Positions 13,705-23,294 of a stretch of DNA of 47,061 nt are shown here, piece by piece. The stretch is from assembly GCA_945859975.1 (NCBI GenBank), contig CAMAPH010000022.1, positions 1 to 47,061 on the forward strand, in the 5' to 3' direction. Each line of letters begins with the position of its first letter. Positions within the stretch are counted from its first letter, which is position 1. Made by a program: the position numbers and the translations under genes. Below the pieces are notes generated by a model, which was given only the letters and a program-made list of their open reading frames with translations, was not told the origin of the DNA and did not search any database. This DNA comes from Chthonomonas calidirosea. GTDB taxonomy: Bacteria; Armatimonadota; Fimbriimonadia; Fimbriimonadales; Fimbriimonadaceae.

Positions 13705-14601
13705 TCAGCCACCGCGCACAATCTTCTCGGTGAACATTCCAACTGGGCCCGACTCGGCGAAGAAAGCCCAGTCGTTTAACTCGGACACCGGCAACGAGAC
13801 CTGATCTCCTTGCTTCATGCCACGGACTTTAAATGGCGAACTCATCAACTTGCCATGGATCATGTCGTCCGCCACACGCTCAACCGCGATCCACATAAAC
13901 TCAACGTTGTGCCCGTCACCCAGGGGTCCCTTTACGATATGGAGTTCCGGGTCACCGCCCTTGCCGAGAGCCTCCACGAACTCTGGCCATCGGCTTCTGG
14001 CCTCCGCGACGGCCGCCGCCATTCGGTCATCACTTGGGTCCACCAGCATGACTTCATTGCCCTGCCCTTCCGCAAACAATTCGAGAATCTGTCCCGCGAT
14101 CAGTTGTTCCCGCATCTCCGGCGAAAAGCGAATGCAATGGTTGTTATCCGCCCTCCACAGCAAAAGCGCTTCATCGTCCGCATATTCGGCCAGCACTCGC
14201 CCAAGGCTGATCAGCACCTGATTCCAGCGCTCCTCTTCAATGGGTGCCGGACTAAAGAAGGACGCAAAGCTCTTGTGCTCCAAAATCGCTTCACGTAACC
14301 GTGATTCCGGTATCTGCTCTGCCATTTGCTCCGCGGTCAATTGCGGAGCACCATAAGTCATCGGGGCCTGCATCACTTTCAGCGAAGCTCCGTTGACAAG
14401 CAACGACAATTCGAGCGCGTTCCCCGACACTTCGATCTCAACGCTAGCACGCTCAGCGGCCGCCTTTAACGGTTCAGGCTGAACAAGGGTCGGAGTCCGG
14501 TACAGGAGGATCAACGCCCGGAACGGCCCGCGGCTTCGCCGTCGTATGACAACAATCGCGCCACCGATCAGGACTATCGCCGCAAGCACCCACCAAATCA
14601 T
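13705..14601 (-). CDS. Membrane-anchored DUF2314 (YegJ-like) protein
   Basis: N-terminal TM; C-terminal MAAAVAEARSRWPEF...VK...EFMWI...DW pattern. Confidence 0.75.
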   Translation of the reverse strand: MIWWVLAAIVLIGGAIVVIRRRSRGPFRALILLYRTPTLVQPEPLKAAAERASVEIEVSGNALELSLLVNGASLKVMQAPMTYGAPQLTAEQMAEQIPESRLREAILEHKSFASFFSPAPIEEERWNQVLISLGRVLAEYADDEALLLWRADNNHCIRFSPEMREQLIAGQILELFAEGQGNEVMLVDPSDDRMAAAVAEARSRWPEFVEALGKGGDPELHIVKGPLGDGHNVEFMWIAVERVADDMIHGKLMSSPFKVRGMKQGDQVSLPVSELNDWAFFAESGPVGMFTEKIVRGG

Positions 14602-14660
14602 GAGCCGATTCTACAACTTCGACAAAAGCCATTTGCCTGAAGAGTAGAATCGCGCGCAAC

Positions 14661-15146
14661 ATGGACGAGATTCAGACCGCCAGAGCCGATCTTCAGCAAG
14701 CCACCGAACGAGTACTGAACCTCGTTAGCCTCACCCCAGACGAGCACCTTTTCTGGAAGCCAAGCGCGTCGGCTCGATCGATCGGGGAAATCGTCGCCCA
14801 CACCGCCCATGCCCTCAAAAACATCCTCGGCCAGCTACGGGGCACGCCCTTTCCGCCGGCAAATAGCAGCGAAGCAAATCCCCTGTTCCTAGAGCACGAC
14901 CGACAGTTCACGGATCGGGAAACCCTGCTCGAGTATTTCGGAACGCATCGAGACAACTACGATCAGTACCTAGCTGCCCTCACTTCCGATGACCTAGATG
15001 TTATCGCGACGTTGCCTTTCGGACTCGGACAAGCCCCGGTGAGATTCTTCATGAAAGCCGGAGCGGACCACACCGCAAGCCACATCCCGCAGATCGAATA
15101 CATCCAGACCATCTACGGCGACCACGACTGGCACACCGGTTTCTGA
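14661..15146 (+). CDS. DinB family protein
   Basis: WKPSASARSIGEIVAH and HTASHIPQI metal-binding His pattern. Confidence 0.85.
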   Translation: MDEIQTARADLQQATERVLNLVSLTPDEHLFWKPSASARSIGEIVAHTAHALKNILGQLRGTPFPPANSSEANPLFLEHDRQFTDRETLLEYFGTHRDNYDQYLAALTSDDLDVIATLPFGLGQAPVRFFMKAGADHTASHIPQIEYIQTIYGDHDWHTGF

Positions 15147-15357
15147 AGCCAGAACCTGCTCGACGTTTGACTAATCGGCTCGATCCCTCAGTTTCTATTG
15201 TTTTCTACTGCACATTACGGTCCGCCTCGCAACTCCTGATTGTCGTTTTCGGCCGTTTTCGACAATAGCGGGATGATTTTGGGCCCAAATCGGGCGAATG
15301 AACGGATCAAACCGCGCCTGCGTCTAGGCAATGCGCAACACTGCAACCGGCAAAACC

Positions 15358-15848
15358 ATGAACCCATTCACCCTAAATCCAGAGCTGGACCTCGTCTTGG
15401 TACGAGAATCTGCCGTTCCACCCGAGCTCGTTTATCAGGCATACACCACGCCAGAGTTGCTCGAACAATGGTTTTGCCCGCGCCCTTACAAAGCGGTCGA
15501 CTGGGAAATAGAGCTCACCCCCGGAGGCGCCTTCAACTCGGTAATCGTGTCGCCCGAAGGTCAGCGATTCCCGGGCGCCGGTTGCATTCTGCAGGCAGTG
15601 GAGAACAAAACTCTGATCTTTACAATGCGGTGACCGCCGGCTTCCGGCCAGCAATCAACGAAGGCGAAGACGCTTTTTCCTTTACGGCAATCATCCAGCT
15701 CGAACCGAGCGGAACCGGGTCCAGATACACCGCTACCGTCATGCACGCCGATGCCGCATCAAAGCAGAAGCATGAAACGATGGGCTTCTTCGACGGCTGG
15801 AATGCCGCTTTCGACCAGCTTATTGAACTGATGTCGAACCACGCCTAG
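15358..15848 (+). pseudogene. SRPBCC domain protein, frameshifted near 15624
   Basis: N-half (LDLVLVRE...WFCPRP...GCIL..VENKTLIFT) and C-half (NAVTAGFRP...FTAIIQLE...HETMGFFDGW) are in different frames; adding one base at TTT AC^AAT joins them. Confidence 0.8.
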
Positions 15849-15970
15849 GCTGATCCCTTGGCACGAATCTGCTCGTCACGTTCAATCTTGCCGTCGTTGA
15901 CCCGAATGATCCGATCGCACTGATCGGCGGTGCTTTCGTCGTGATTAACGTTCACGAGGATGGTTTCCCG
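15845..15970 (-). pseudogene. Remnant of an ABC transporter ATP-binding subunit C-terminus (LolD/MacB-like)
   Basis: TILVNVNHDESTADQCDRIIRVNDGKIERDE matches the H-loop/terminal strands of ABC ATPases; no Walker motifs upstream. Confidence 0.6.
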
Positions 15971-16210
15971 CCGTCGGCGGCGCGTTAGCATATATCGGCA
16001 TTCCAAACAATTCCGTCGCCTGCAACGAGCGTGATCTGAACGCTGGAAGTTTTTTGCTCGTTCTTCAGCGAATAGAAGTGGCGACAGAGAAAGCATTACC
16101 GCTTGAAGTGACCTCGCCAAGAAGTATTGACTCCTTTGGCGGCAATTACGCCCTATCCACCAACTAAGAATGGTCAACCGGCGGCGTATACGAAACTAGA
16201 GGAAACATAA

Positions 16211-16717
16211 ATGCCGAATAAGACAAAGAACGAATTAATTCACCCTTCACTTGCGGTGGTCAACGAGAGTCAGGGAGAATGGAATCGCAAGGTGCTTCAA
16301 CCCGTCCTGTACGACCTGATCGCGCTCGGAAGGGTTTTAAAGCAGTTGCATTGGAACGTGAACGGACCGAATTTTCGGGCCCTTCACCTGCATCTAGACG
16401 AAATCTACGCCACCGTCGAGGAGGCCATCGACGACGTTGCGGAACGCCTCGCATCGACCGGACACAGTCCAAACGGCCGAGTGGCGGACGTCAAAGAGCA
16501 GTCTGAGATCGAGGACGTTCCGGCAGGTTTCACTTACGAGACGCAGGTTCTGCTCCTCGCCGAGCACGCCTTACATCAGATGGTCGGTCTCATCCGGTCT
16601 CGCACCGTGGACATTGAGGACATCGACACGGCCTCCGCCGATCTGCTGCACCAGGTCTCGCTAGAGTTGGAAAAGCATCATTGGATGCTCGCCGCCCAGA
16701 AAGTTCGAGCCAGCTAG
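16211..16717 (+). CDS. dps: Dps family DNA starvation/stationary phase protection protein
   Basis: HWNVNGPNFRALHLHLDE, DDVAERL, EKHHWML; GAGG RBS. Confidence 0.93.
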   Translation: MPNKTKNELIHPSLAVVNESQGEWNRKVLQPVLYDLIALGRVLKQLHWNVNGPNFRALHLHLDEIYATVEEAIDDVAERLASTGHSPNGRVADVKEQSEIEDVPAGFTYETQVLLLAEHALHQMVGLIRSRTVDIEDIDTASADLLHQVSLELEKHHWMLAAQKVRAS

Positions 16718-16950
16718 GTTCATCAGACAAGAGCAGGACGAATTCCGGGAACTTCCTCCACTTCGGTAGGCCTCTCGGAGTTCGTCAATCTGTGCGTTAT
16801 CCCACCTACTCACGCGGCCATGCGCGGGTTACTGTCTTCGAGCACCGGCCCAATCTGCGCATTGGGACAACTCGCTATGTGCATAACCAAAAGCACGTTC
16901 CTCGCCCAAGCCGTCGATCAAGTCTGATCCAGGGCGATCCGAAGTGTCGC

Positions 16951-17922
16951 TTAGTCAGTAATTTCTAAATCGGACTTCCCAAGCGCCAGCTTGGCAACCT
17001 GGCTGATAGCACGAGCTCGCTCGGTGTCATTTGCGGTGGAATCCCCAACAAAGGCAACGATGACGACCCAGTCTCCATTTGCTCGACGAGCAATCCCAAC
17101 GTCATTGGTCGCACACGAAACTCCGTCCATGGTCGAGCTCGTTCCGGTTTTGTGCCCCAGCTTCCATCCCTTCGGCACTCCCGCCGCAAGTCGATCTGGG
17201 CCGGTTTTCGTGCGCTCCATCACCCCAAGCAAGTAGTCAGTTGCACGCTTTGAAAGAAGTTGGCCCGTTACGAGTTTCTTCAGCAACGTCGCCATTGCTA
17301 CCGGCGTCGAAGTGTCTCGCCGGTCCGCCTGATATCGCTTGTACGCTGCGCTCTTTTCCGCTTTTGGAACCGCCTGAATCGCGCGATCTAGCTTCGCCGA
17401 ATCAACGTATTCAGGTTTCCAAGTCAAACCAAAGATCTGTGTTTGTAGGTCCCGCTCTTGGCGATCCACCGTTAGACCCGCGATTCCCTTCTTCCGCAAG
17501 AATGCGTTCACGACCTGAACCCCGCCCATTTTGCGAATGAGAAAGTCCCCGGCGGCACTACAACTTTCGGTGACGGTAAGTTCGATGCAGTCTTCCAGCG
17601 AGACGGTCATCGAGTTCCTTTTGCCTAACCTCTCTGCGAGCGGTTGAACCGAGAGACTGAAGTCGGAACGACGGAAAGTGAACTTTTGACCGACCTTCCA
17701 CTTTCCGCGGTCAACCTGATCCAAAGCTGCCATCGACACAACCAGCTTCATCACGCTCTGAATCGAAAACCGCTCGGATTTTCGTGAATAGTAAGCCGCT
17801 TTGGGAGTAATGATCGCTGCCCCCAACCGGCCCTGAACCGCAGATTCGATCTCTGCAAGCCGTGCTTCGATCGGTCGAACCTGAGAAACGCTCTGCACAA
17901 ACAGCACGGAAAGGAGTGTCAA
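16951..17922 (-). CDS. Class A serine beta-lactamase-like protein
   Basis: ERFSIQSVMK (SxxK), ESCS at the SDN position, DRQE (Glu166 region), DTSTP, HKTGT, NDVGI. TTG start inferred. Confidence 0.88.
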   Translation of the reverse strand: MTLLSVLFVQSVSQVRPIEARLAEIESAVQGRLGAAIITPKAAYYSRKSERFSIQSVMKLVVSMAALDQVDRGKWKVGQKFTFRRSDFSLSVQPLAERLGKRNSMTVSLEDCIELTVTESCSAAGDFLIRKMGGVQVVNAFLRKKGIAGLTVDRQERDLQTQIFGLTWKPEYVDSAKLDRAIQAVPKAEKSAAYKRYQADRRDTSTPVAMATLLKKLVTGQLLSKRATDYLLGVMERTKTGPDRLAAGVPKGWKLGHKTGTSSTMDGVSCATNDVGIARRANGDWVVIVAFVGDSTANDTERARAISQVAKLALGKSDLEITD

Positions 17923-17977
17923 AGTCGCACGAATGTACCTGGACCGAATTCCCTCGCTCCCCAGGTAACGTGCCTCC

Positions 17978-18973
17978 ATGAGAAGCAAAGTTGCTTACGG
18001 ATTCGGAATCGCGACTGCCCTCGTCGCGGGCGTGGCGATTGGCCAGGTCGCCCAGAAAGAAAGCCCAGATTCCCACTACCACCTTGGTCCAGATTCGCTG
18101 GTCGAACCCGGCGTACCGAAAGGCGAGATCCAGGGTCCGTTCGTTATCAAAAGCGACGTCTATCCCGGCACCCAGCACACCTACTGGGTGTACGTGCCCG
18201 CCCAATATGACCCGAAGAAAGCAGCTGCCCTCATGGTCTTCCAAGACGGTCAAGCCTTTAAGCAGGAAAACGGCGGCGTGCGCGCGCAGAACGTGATGGA
18301 CAACCTCATCTATCGCCGCGAAATCCCCGTGATGCTCGGCGTTTTCATCAATCCGGGCCGCACGCCAGAGCAGGATGAACCCTCGCCGCAGCGCGGCTGG
18401 GGAGATGGCTTCACCAACCGTGGCGTCGAATACAACACGCCCGATGACAAGTACGCGAAAGTCATCACAGAAGAGCTCATGCCGGCGCTGGATAAGTCCT
18501 ACAACATCTCGAAAGATCCCGAAATGCGGGGAATTGGGGGTGCCAGTTCGGGCGCAATCGCGGCATTTATGGTCGCCTGGGAACGGCCGAACTCTTTCCG
18601 AAAGGTCCTGAGCATCATCGGCAGCTTCACCAACATTCGCGGCGGAGACGTCTATCCCGAGCGAATAATGAAGAGCAAAAAGAAGCCAATCCGCGTCTTC
18701 CTCTGCGACGGTCGCAACGACAATCGCGGCATTCGAAACGGCGTTTACGATCCCCGCTGGGACTGGTACCTGCAGAACGTTCGACTGCAAAAAGCGCTGA
18801 CCGAGAAGGGCTACGACCTCAACTACACCTGGGGAATGAATAGCCACGGTCAGAGTTTTGGCGGCCAGATCATGCCGGAAATGATGCGTTGGCTATGGCG
18901 CGACGCAACGCCGATCATCACCGACCCCAACGATATGGTTGAGCGTGGTTTCTATCAACCGGCCAATCGATAA
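17978..18973 (+). CDS. Secreted alpha/beta hydrolase (enterochelin esterase-like)
   Basis: [20 protein letters not shown] nucleophile elbow; signal peptide. Confidence 0.85.
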   Translation: MRSKVAYGFGIATALVAGVAIGQVAQKESPDSHYHLGPDSLVEPGVPKGEIQGPFVIKSDVYPGTQHTYWVYVPAQYDPKKAAALMVFQDGQAFKQENGGVRAQNVMDNLIYRREIPVMLGVFINPGRTPEQDEPSPQRGWGDGFTNRGVEYNTPDDKYAKVITEELMPALDKSYNISKDPEMRGIGGASSGAIAAFMVAWERPNSFRKVLSIIGSFTNIRGGDVYPERIMKSKKKPIRVFLCDGRNDNRGIRNGVYDPRWDWYLQNVRLQKALTEKGYDLNYTWGMNSHGQSFGGQIMPEMMRWLWRDATPIITDPNDMVERGFYQPANR

Positions 18974-18977
18974 AGTC

Positions 18978-19334
18978 ATGAAATATCTCATCACCATCCA
19001 TCGTCCAAACGACTTCGCCCATGAAGACATGCTCGGCCCAGAGGTTCGAGAAGCCATCGACCGTGTCAATGACGAAATGGTCGCGGCCGGAGTCCGCCTG
19101 TTCGTCGGCGGCCTGTATTCACCGAGTTCTGCCACCTCAATCCGGCCTCAGTCCAATGGGGACGTGACGGTCTCCGAAGGTCCCTACCTGGAAGCCACCG
19201 ACTATGTGGATGGCCTTTGGGTTTTGGAGTGCGAGACGAAGGCAGACGCAATCGAGTGGGGCCGCAAAGCGGCCCTAGCTTGCCAAGGTTCCGTCGAAGT
19301 CCGACCATTTGCCGGCGCCGCCATGAAGGAGTAA
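18978..19334 (+). CDS. YciI family protein
   Basis: MKYLI..., EGPYLEATDYVDG, AIEW, VEVRP. Confidence 0.85.
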   Translation: MKYLITIHRPNDFAHEDMLGPEVREAIDRVNDEMVAAGVRLFVGGLYSPSSATSIRPQSNGDVTVSEGPYLEATDYVDGLWVLECETKADAIEWGRKAALACQGSVEVRPFAGAAMKE

Positions 19335-19346
19335 CTCCCGCAGAAC

Positions 19347-22058
19347 TTACCGCTGAACCGGGACGAGCTTAACTTCAGTAAGCCCCTGGTTCAACGGTAT
19401 CGAGTACGCCAGCGCGTCCTGTTTATAGTCTCCATCTGGCCGGTAAGACCTCGTCTTTGCCAGCTTCGCCGGCACCTCGATCCGCAATCTTGCGGTCGTG
19501 CAGTACTCGCTCACCCCAGAAAGGGTCACGGCGACCGAACCCGTCTTTTCGTTGTAAGTCACCGAGTCGAACGTTCCCGCGTCCAGGCACAAGTACATCC
19601 CCAACGGAGCAAGGTAGACCCGCTTTCGGAACGAGTCCTTCGGAACAACCTTCACCACTCCCGACGAAAGCTCAAGGTCGCCACCAAACGCTTGCCAGCC
19701 GAACTCCTTTGTCTTAACGAGGTAGGTACCGGTGTTCCAAGCATGGCCGAAGAAGTTCGGACCATAGTCACCGGAGTAAGCATCCCACTTGAGGGTCGAA
19801 GGGAAGGAGTGAAAAGCCGCGGAGGCAAAGCCATTCTCATGAATATTGGATAGCGCCCCCATGGTTCCGCCGTACCCCACCCGTAATAGGAACAGGTCCT
19901 CCGGGTGCTCTCGATACTCGGTGAGCAGCGGAATCGCGTTCATTCCCGAACCGTAATGGTGAATCTGGCGCTCGATTCGGCTGAGCTTCGCCCCGTAAAT
20001 AAAGTCCCAATACCGGCGAGCATTCCCGTTATAGCCCCAGTGCGGAATCGCGGGATCATACGCGAGAATTGAGTTGAGGGTGACTTGGGCTTTCTCTTCG
20101 TGTCCGAAGAATTTGCACCAACCGTACACTTCCTCCTGCCCAGTCGAGTCCCAGGCCATCTCGCTTCCAAACGGATACGGCTCATTCTTCCACCGATCGG
20201 CCCGCACTGCCATCTTAGATTCAATTAAGCGCGCTTGATCGGTCCAGCCCTCTGCCTTCAAATCGTTCAGCAGCCCGATGAAGACCGAACCTTCCATCAA
20301 TCCAAGGCGCCAATATCCAACAACGTCTTCACCGTTCTTTCCAAAGCTAGTGAGATACTCTGTCGTCCGAAACGCTTGATTCAAGTACCACTTCCAATCG
20401 TGCGCCTTCGCTAGGCCAGGATAGTTGCGGGCAATCTTGTACAAAGAATAATAGGCCGCGACCACGTGGGGATAGTTGTATCCCCGCCCAATATCGTTGC
20501 TGGCCTCTTTGTTCCAACTTGTCCAACTGGTCCAGTTAAATTTCTTGTCGTATGGGTAATCCGGCAAAGCTTTAGGATCGTAGAAGAACGTGCTCTTGCG
20601 AACGCCGTATTTCTTCGGCCCTTCCTTAAACTGCAAATTCCCCCAAAGTACTTTGTCAACAAACGATTCAAGCTTCGCGACTTCTTCCGGATTAGGCTGC
20701 CCCATCTCCTTCATCGCAAGGGCAAGCCAGTTTCCCGACCCACCCTCGTCGCCCAGCCCCGCAATCCAAACCCGCGAATCCTGAAGCACCTGGGCCTTCG
20801 CCTCATTGTCGTAGGTAATTGCCGAAGGTGCACGGCCAAACGGATCATTCGAGTCGGTAAACCAAGCTTCGTTTGTCAAAAACCGCCCAAGATTGGCGAC
20901 CGCAACCGCCGCTGGCTTCGTGTTGTAGTAATTGATCGTTTGCAGCGTGCCGTCTTGATACTTAACCGACACCCGAACTCGGCCCCATGCCTTCGGCTTA
21001 ACGTCAAAAGCCATCCAACCTTTTGCCCCGCGCGCCGCCTTCGAAACCTCCGCCGCATCGCGCGGAAGCACTTCAATTGCTGAAACCGGCTTTCGATATT
21101 TCAAGAACAGCTTCCCGGTCTGATCCATCGGGAGCACATAGCCCGGCAAACCAACCGCCACCGGACGGCCAACTCGCGCAAGCGTGTTCTCAATCTCCCG
21201 AATGCTCTTCGAAGGCGTGAACTGAACCCCATAAGTCCGCGATTGCCGCGGTTTCAGCACGCCCGAAGTAGGTTCGTTCCACTGCTGCACGCCTTTCCAC
21301 TCCGACTCCGCATGGGCCCGGGTGTGGACCATCCACTCCATCATTCCCTCAAAAACCTGGTTCGGCCCGAGTGGCTCGCGCACATAGTTCCAAGCCTCTA
21401 GTGGCGTCGAGCCAACCGGCGTCACAACCATCGTCGGCCCCGTTCCGTTCAGCTGGGTAACCCGCAAAAATCCCGCATCCTGCCCAATGTAAGGATCAGT
21501 AAATGAGCACTTGGCATGAGCTTCTTCCAAGCTCCGGTCCATGATGATGTTGTTAAACGGCATCGGAATCCCCAGCGAGCCAATCTCGACGTTGTCCGAA
21601 GTCCGATTTGTCAGCGTGAACAAAAGCTGCAACCGACCGTTCTTAACCTCCCACCGCCGCGAGACCGTTACCGGAGACTCAACCGAAAGACAAGGCGTGA
21701 GATCATGTTCGCTTAGCGCCTTCGACGATGTTGCCACTGCCGGTTTTCGGTTCCGATACGTGCTGAACGACTTAAATTCCTGCGAGCCAATCGATCGAGC
21801 CCGAAAGGAAATGTCCCCCAAATGAACAAAGCCATCCGCTTTTCGAACGCTAAGCCGGTCGGAGGCAAGAAAATCGAACCCAACCGAATTCCGAGGCACT
21901 AGCCCAACCCCGTTTCCACCATCCGCCGTCAGCCTCAGCTCATAGTCGGGCGTGCTTATCGTGCGAAGCCCTTTTTCTAACCCGATCGCATCAATAACGG
22001 GCGGCTTTTGCTGAGCCACAAGGGCCAAAGTGGTTGCAAGAACGGTGGCGTGTATCAT
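19347..22058 (-). CDS. Secreted DUF5695 family protein (putative glycoside hydrolase)
   Basis: DPYIGQDAG, RVWIAGLGDEGG, RGYNYPHV, YPFGSEMAWDSTGQE, PHWGYNGNARRYWDF; start taken at MIHATVL. Confidence 0.8.
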   Translation of the reverse strand: MIHATVLATTLALVAQQKPPVIDAIGLEKGLRTISTPDYELRLTADGGNGVGLVPRNSVGFDFLASDRLSVRKADGFVHLGDISFRARSIGSQEFKSFSTYRNRKPAVATSSKALSEHDLTPCLSVESPVTVSRRWEVKNGRLQLLFTLTNRTSDNVEIGSLGIPMPFNNIIMDRSLEEAHAKCSFTDPYIGQDAGFLRVTQLNGTGPTMVVTPVGSTPLEAWNYVREPLGPNQVFEGMMEWMVHTRAHAESEWKGVQQWNEPTSGVLKPRQSRTYGVQFTPSKSIREIENTLARVGRPVAVGLPGYVLPMDQTGKLFLKYRKPVSAIEVLPRDAAEVSKAARGAKGWMAFDVKPKAWGRVRVSVKYQDGTLQTINYYNTKPAAVAVANLGRFLTNEAWFTDSNDPFGRAPSAITYDNEAKAQVLQDSRVWIAGLGDEGGSGNWLALAMKEMGQPNPEEVAKLESFVDKVLWGNLQFKEGPKKYGVRKSTFFYDPKALPDYPYDKKFNWTSWTSWNKEASNDIGRGYNYPHVVAAYYSLYKIARNYPGLAKAHDWKWYLNQAFRTTEYLTSFGKNGEDVVGYWRLGLMEGSVFIGLLNDLKAEGWTDQARLIESKMAVRADRWKNEPYPFGSEMAWDSTGQEEVYGWCKFFGHEEKAQVTLNSILAYDPAIPHWGYNGNARRYWDFIYGAKLSRIERQIHHYGSGMNAIPLLTEYREHPEDLFLLRVGYGGTMGALSNIHENGFASAAFHSFPSTLKWDAYSGDYGPNFFGHAWNTGTYLVKTKEFGWQAFGGDLELSSGVVKVVPKDSFRKRVYLAPLGMYLCLDAGTFDSVTYNEKTGSVAVTLSGVSEYCTTARLRIEVPAKLAKTRSYRPDGDYKQDALAYSIPLNQGLTEVKLVPVQR

Positions 22059-22113
22059 CGAATTCCCAAAATCTACCGACGGAAATCCCGTTCGAAACCG
22101 TGAACAATTAAGC

Positions 22114-22380
22114 ATGACATTCATGGTCATCGAGAGATTCCGCCACGGCGACGCCGCCCCCGTTTATGCCCGGTTCCGAGAGCGCGGCCGCCTCGCTCCA
22201 GAAGGCGTAAAGTACAAATCGAGTTGGGTCGACGAGTCGTTCCAGGTCTGCTTCCAAGTCATGGAAGCCGAATCAAGATCGTTGCTCGACGAGTGGATCT
22301 CGAACTGGGATGACCTTGTCGATTTCGAAGTCTTCCCAGTTGTTGATTCCGCCACTGCCCAGGCGCGATTCTCGCCCTAG
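22114..22380 (+). CDS. DUF3303 family protein
   Basis: MVIERF...VYARFRERGR..PEG...SWV...CFQVME...WDDLVDFEVFPV. Confidence 0.75.
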   Translation: MTFMVIERFRHGDAAPVYARFRERGRLAPEGVKYKSSWVDESFQVCFQVMEAESRSLLDEWISNWDDLVDFEVFPVVDSATAQARFSP

Positions 22381-22874
22381 CCTTGCAGTTCTGCCAAAAC
22401 CACGTCAAGCACATCCATCGTCCCGCCCCAACCCTGGGTCATGCTCGGCCGACCGGCTTCAAACGTTTGCAACTGCACCGGGTCAGAACCGATAACCGAC
22501 ATCTCTAGGCGAAGCAACGTGCCGCCATCAACGTCCGAGAACTGATTCTTCGACAACATCTCAAGTGGCCAATCCGGCGCCATCGGATGCCGCGTGATTC
22601 CGCCCCCTTCATCCGAAAAGGAATGGTGATTGACGATCAACTCCTGGTCCACAATCTCGCGATAAATCCATCGCCCCCAAAAACCGCTCTGATTCGGCGG
22701 AACGATCTCGTAGTGAAAAATGCCACCCGGTCGAAAGTCCATAAAGTTCCGCCCCGGCGCCATCCCCTTTGGAGACATCCACTTACCGAGATGCTCGGCC
22801 TGCGAAAACGTCGCCCAAACCAGGGCGCGAGGGGCTTTGAAAGTGCGTTCCAGCACGAAAGGTTCGTAGTTCAT
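22377..22874 (-). CDS. SRPBCC (AHSA1-like) domain protein
   Basis: LERTFKAPRALVW, DFRPGG, SMTQGWGGT; start overlaps the ArsR stop. Confidence 0.88.
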   Translation of the reverse strand: MNYEPFVLERTFKAPRALVWATFSQAEHLGKWMSPKGMAPGRNFMDFRPGGIFHYEIVPPNQSGFWGRWIYREIVDQELIVNHHSFSDEGGGITRHPMAPDWPLEMLSKNQFSDVDGGTLLRLEMSVIGSDPVQLQTFEAGRPSMTQGWGGTMDVLDVVLAELQG

Positions 22875-23206
22875 TCTTGTTCTCCAGCTTGAAGTTCTTC
22901 TAGGTAGGCGTCCAGCTGGTCAAAGCTGGCTTCCCAAAATTGGCGATACTGCTCCACCCAATTGCTCGCCTCGGCAAGCGGCTGAGCGTTGAGGGTTCGC
23001 GGACGCATTTGCCCCTTCCGGTCCGTTTCCACCAGGCCCGCCCGCTCCAGCACCTTCAGGTGCTTAATCACCGCCGGCTCCGACATATCAAACGGCTTCG
23101 CAATCTCCCCCACCGGCATCGGCCCCAGGGCCAGCGCCGCAAGAATCGCCCGCCGCGTAGGGTCGGCGAGGGCAGAGAAGATAAGGTTGAGTTTGTCGGA
23201 CGCCAT
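22871..23206 (-). CDS. ArsR/SmtB family transcriptional regulator
   Basis: FSALADPTRRAIL, KHLKVLERAGLV, YRQFWEASFDQL; start at MASDKL. Confidence 0.92.
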   Translation of the reverse strand: MASDKLNLIFSALADPTRRAILAALALGPMPVGEIAKPFDMSEPAVIKHLKVLERAGLVETDRKGQMRPRTLNAQPLAEASNWVEQYRQFWEASFDQLDAYLEELQAGEQE

Positions 23207-23209
23207 TGC

Positions 23210-23238
23210 TAACCGTTTGATTATATAACCAATTGGTT
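23210..23238. promoter_or_regulatory. Tandem putative ArsR operators
   Basis: Perfect palindrome AACCAATTGGTT (23227-23238) plus imperfect TAACC-N4-GATTA (23210-23223) directly upstream of the regulator. Confidence 0.7.
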
Positions 23239-23294
23239 TTGATTTGTCAAGAACGCGTGTTCTGGAAATGGCACCCGGCCGGAGACCCATGTAG

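Noticed and set aside
16720..16950. Possible ORF or ncRNA between dps and the beta-lactamase
   Set aside because: Only short weak hairpins and no coherent frame.
17711..18847. 378-aa minus-strand ORF
   Set aside because: Mostly an antisense shadow of the esterase gene.
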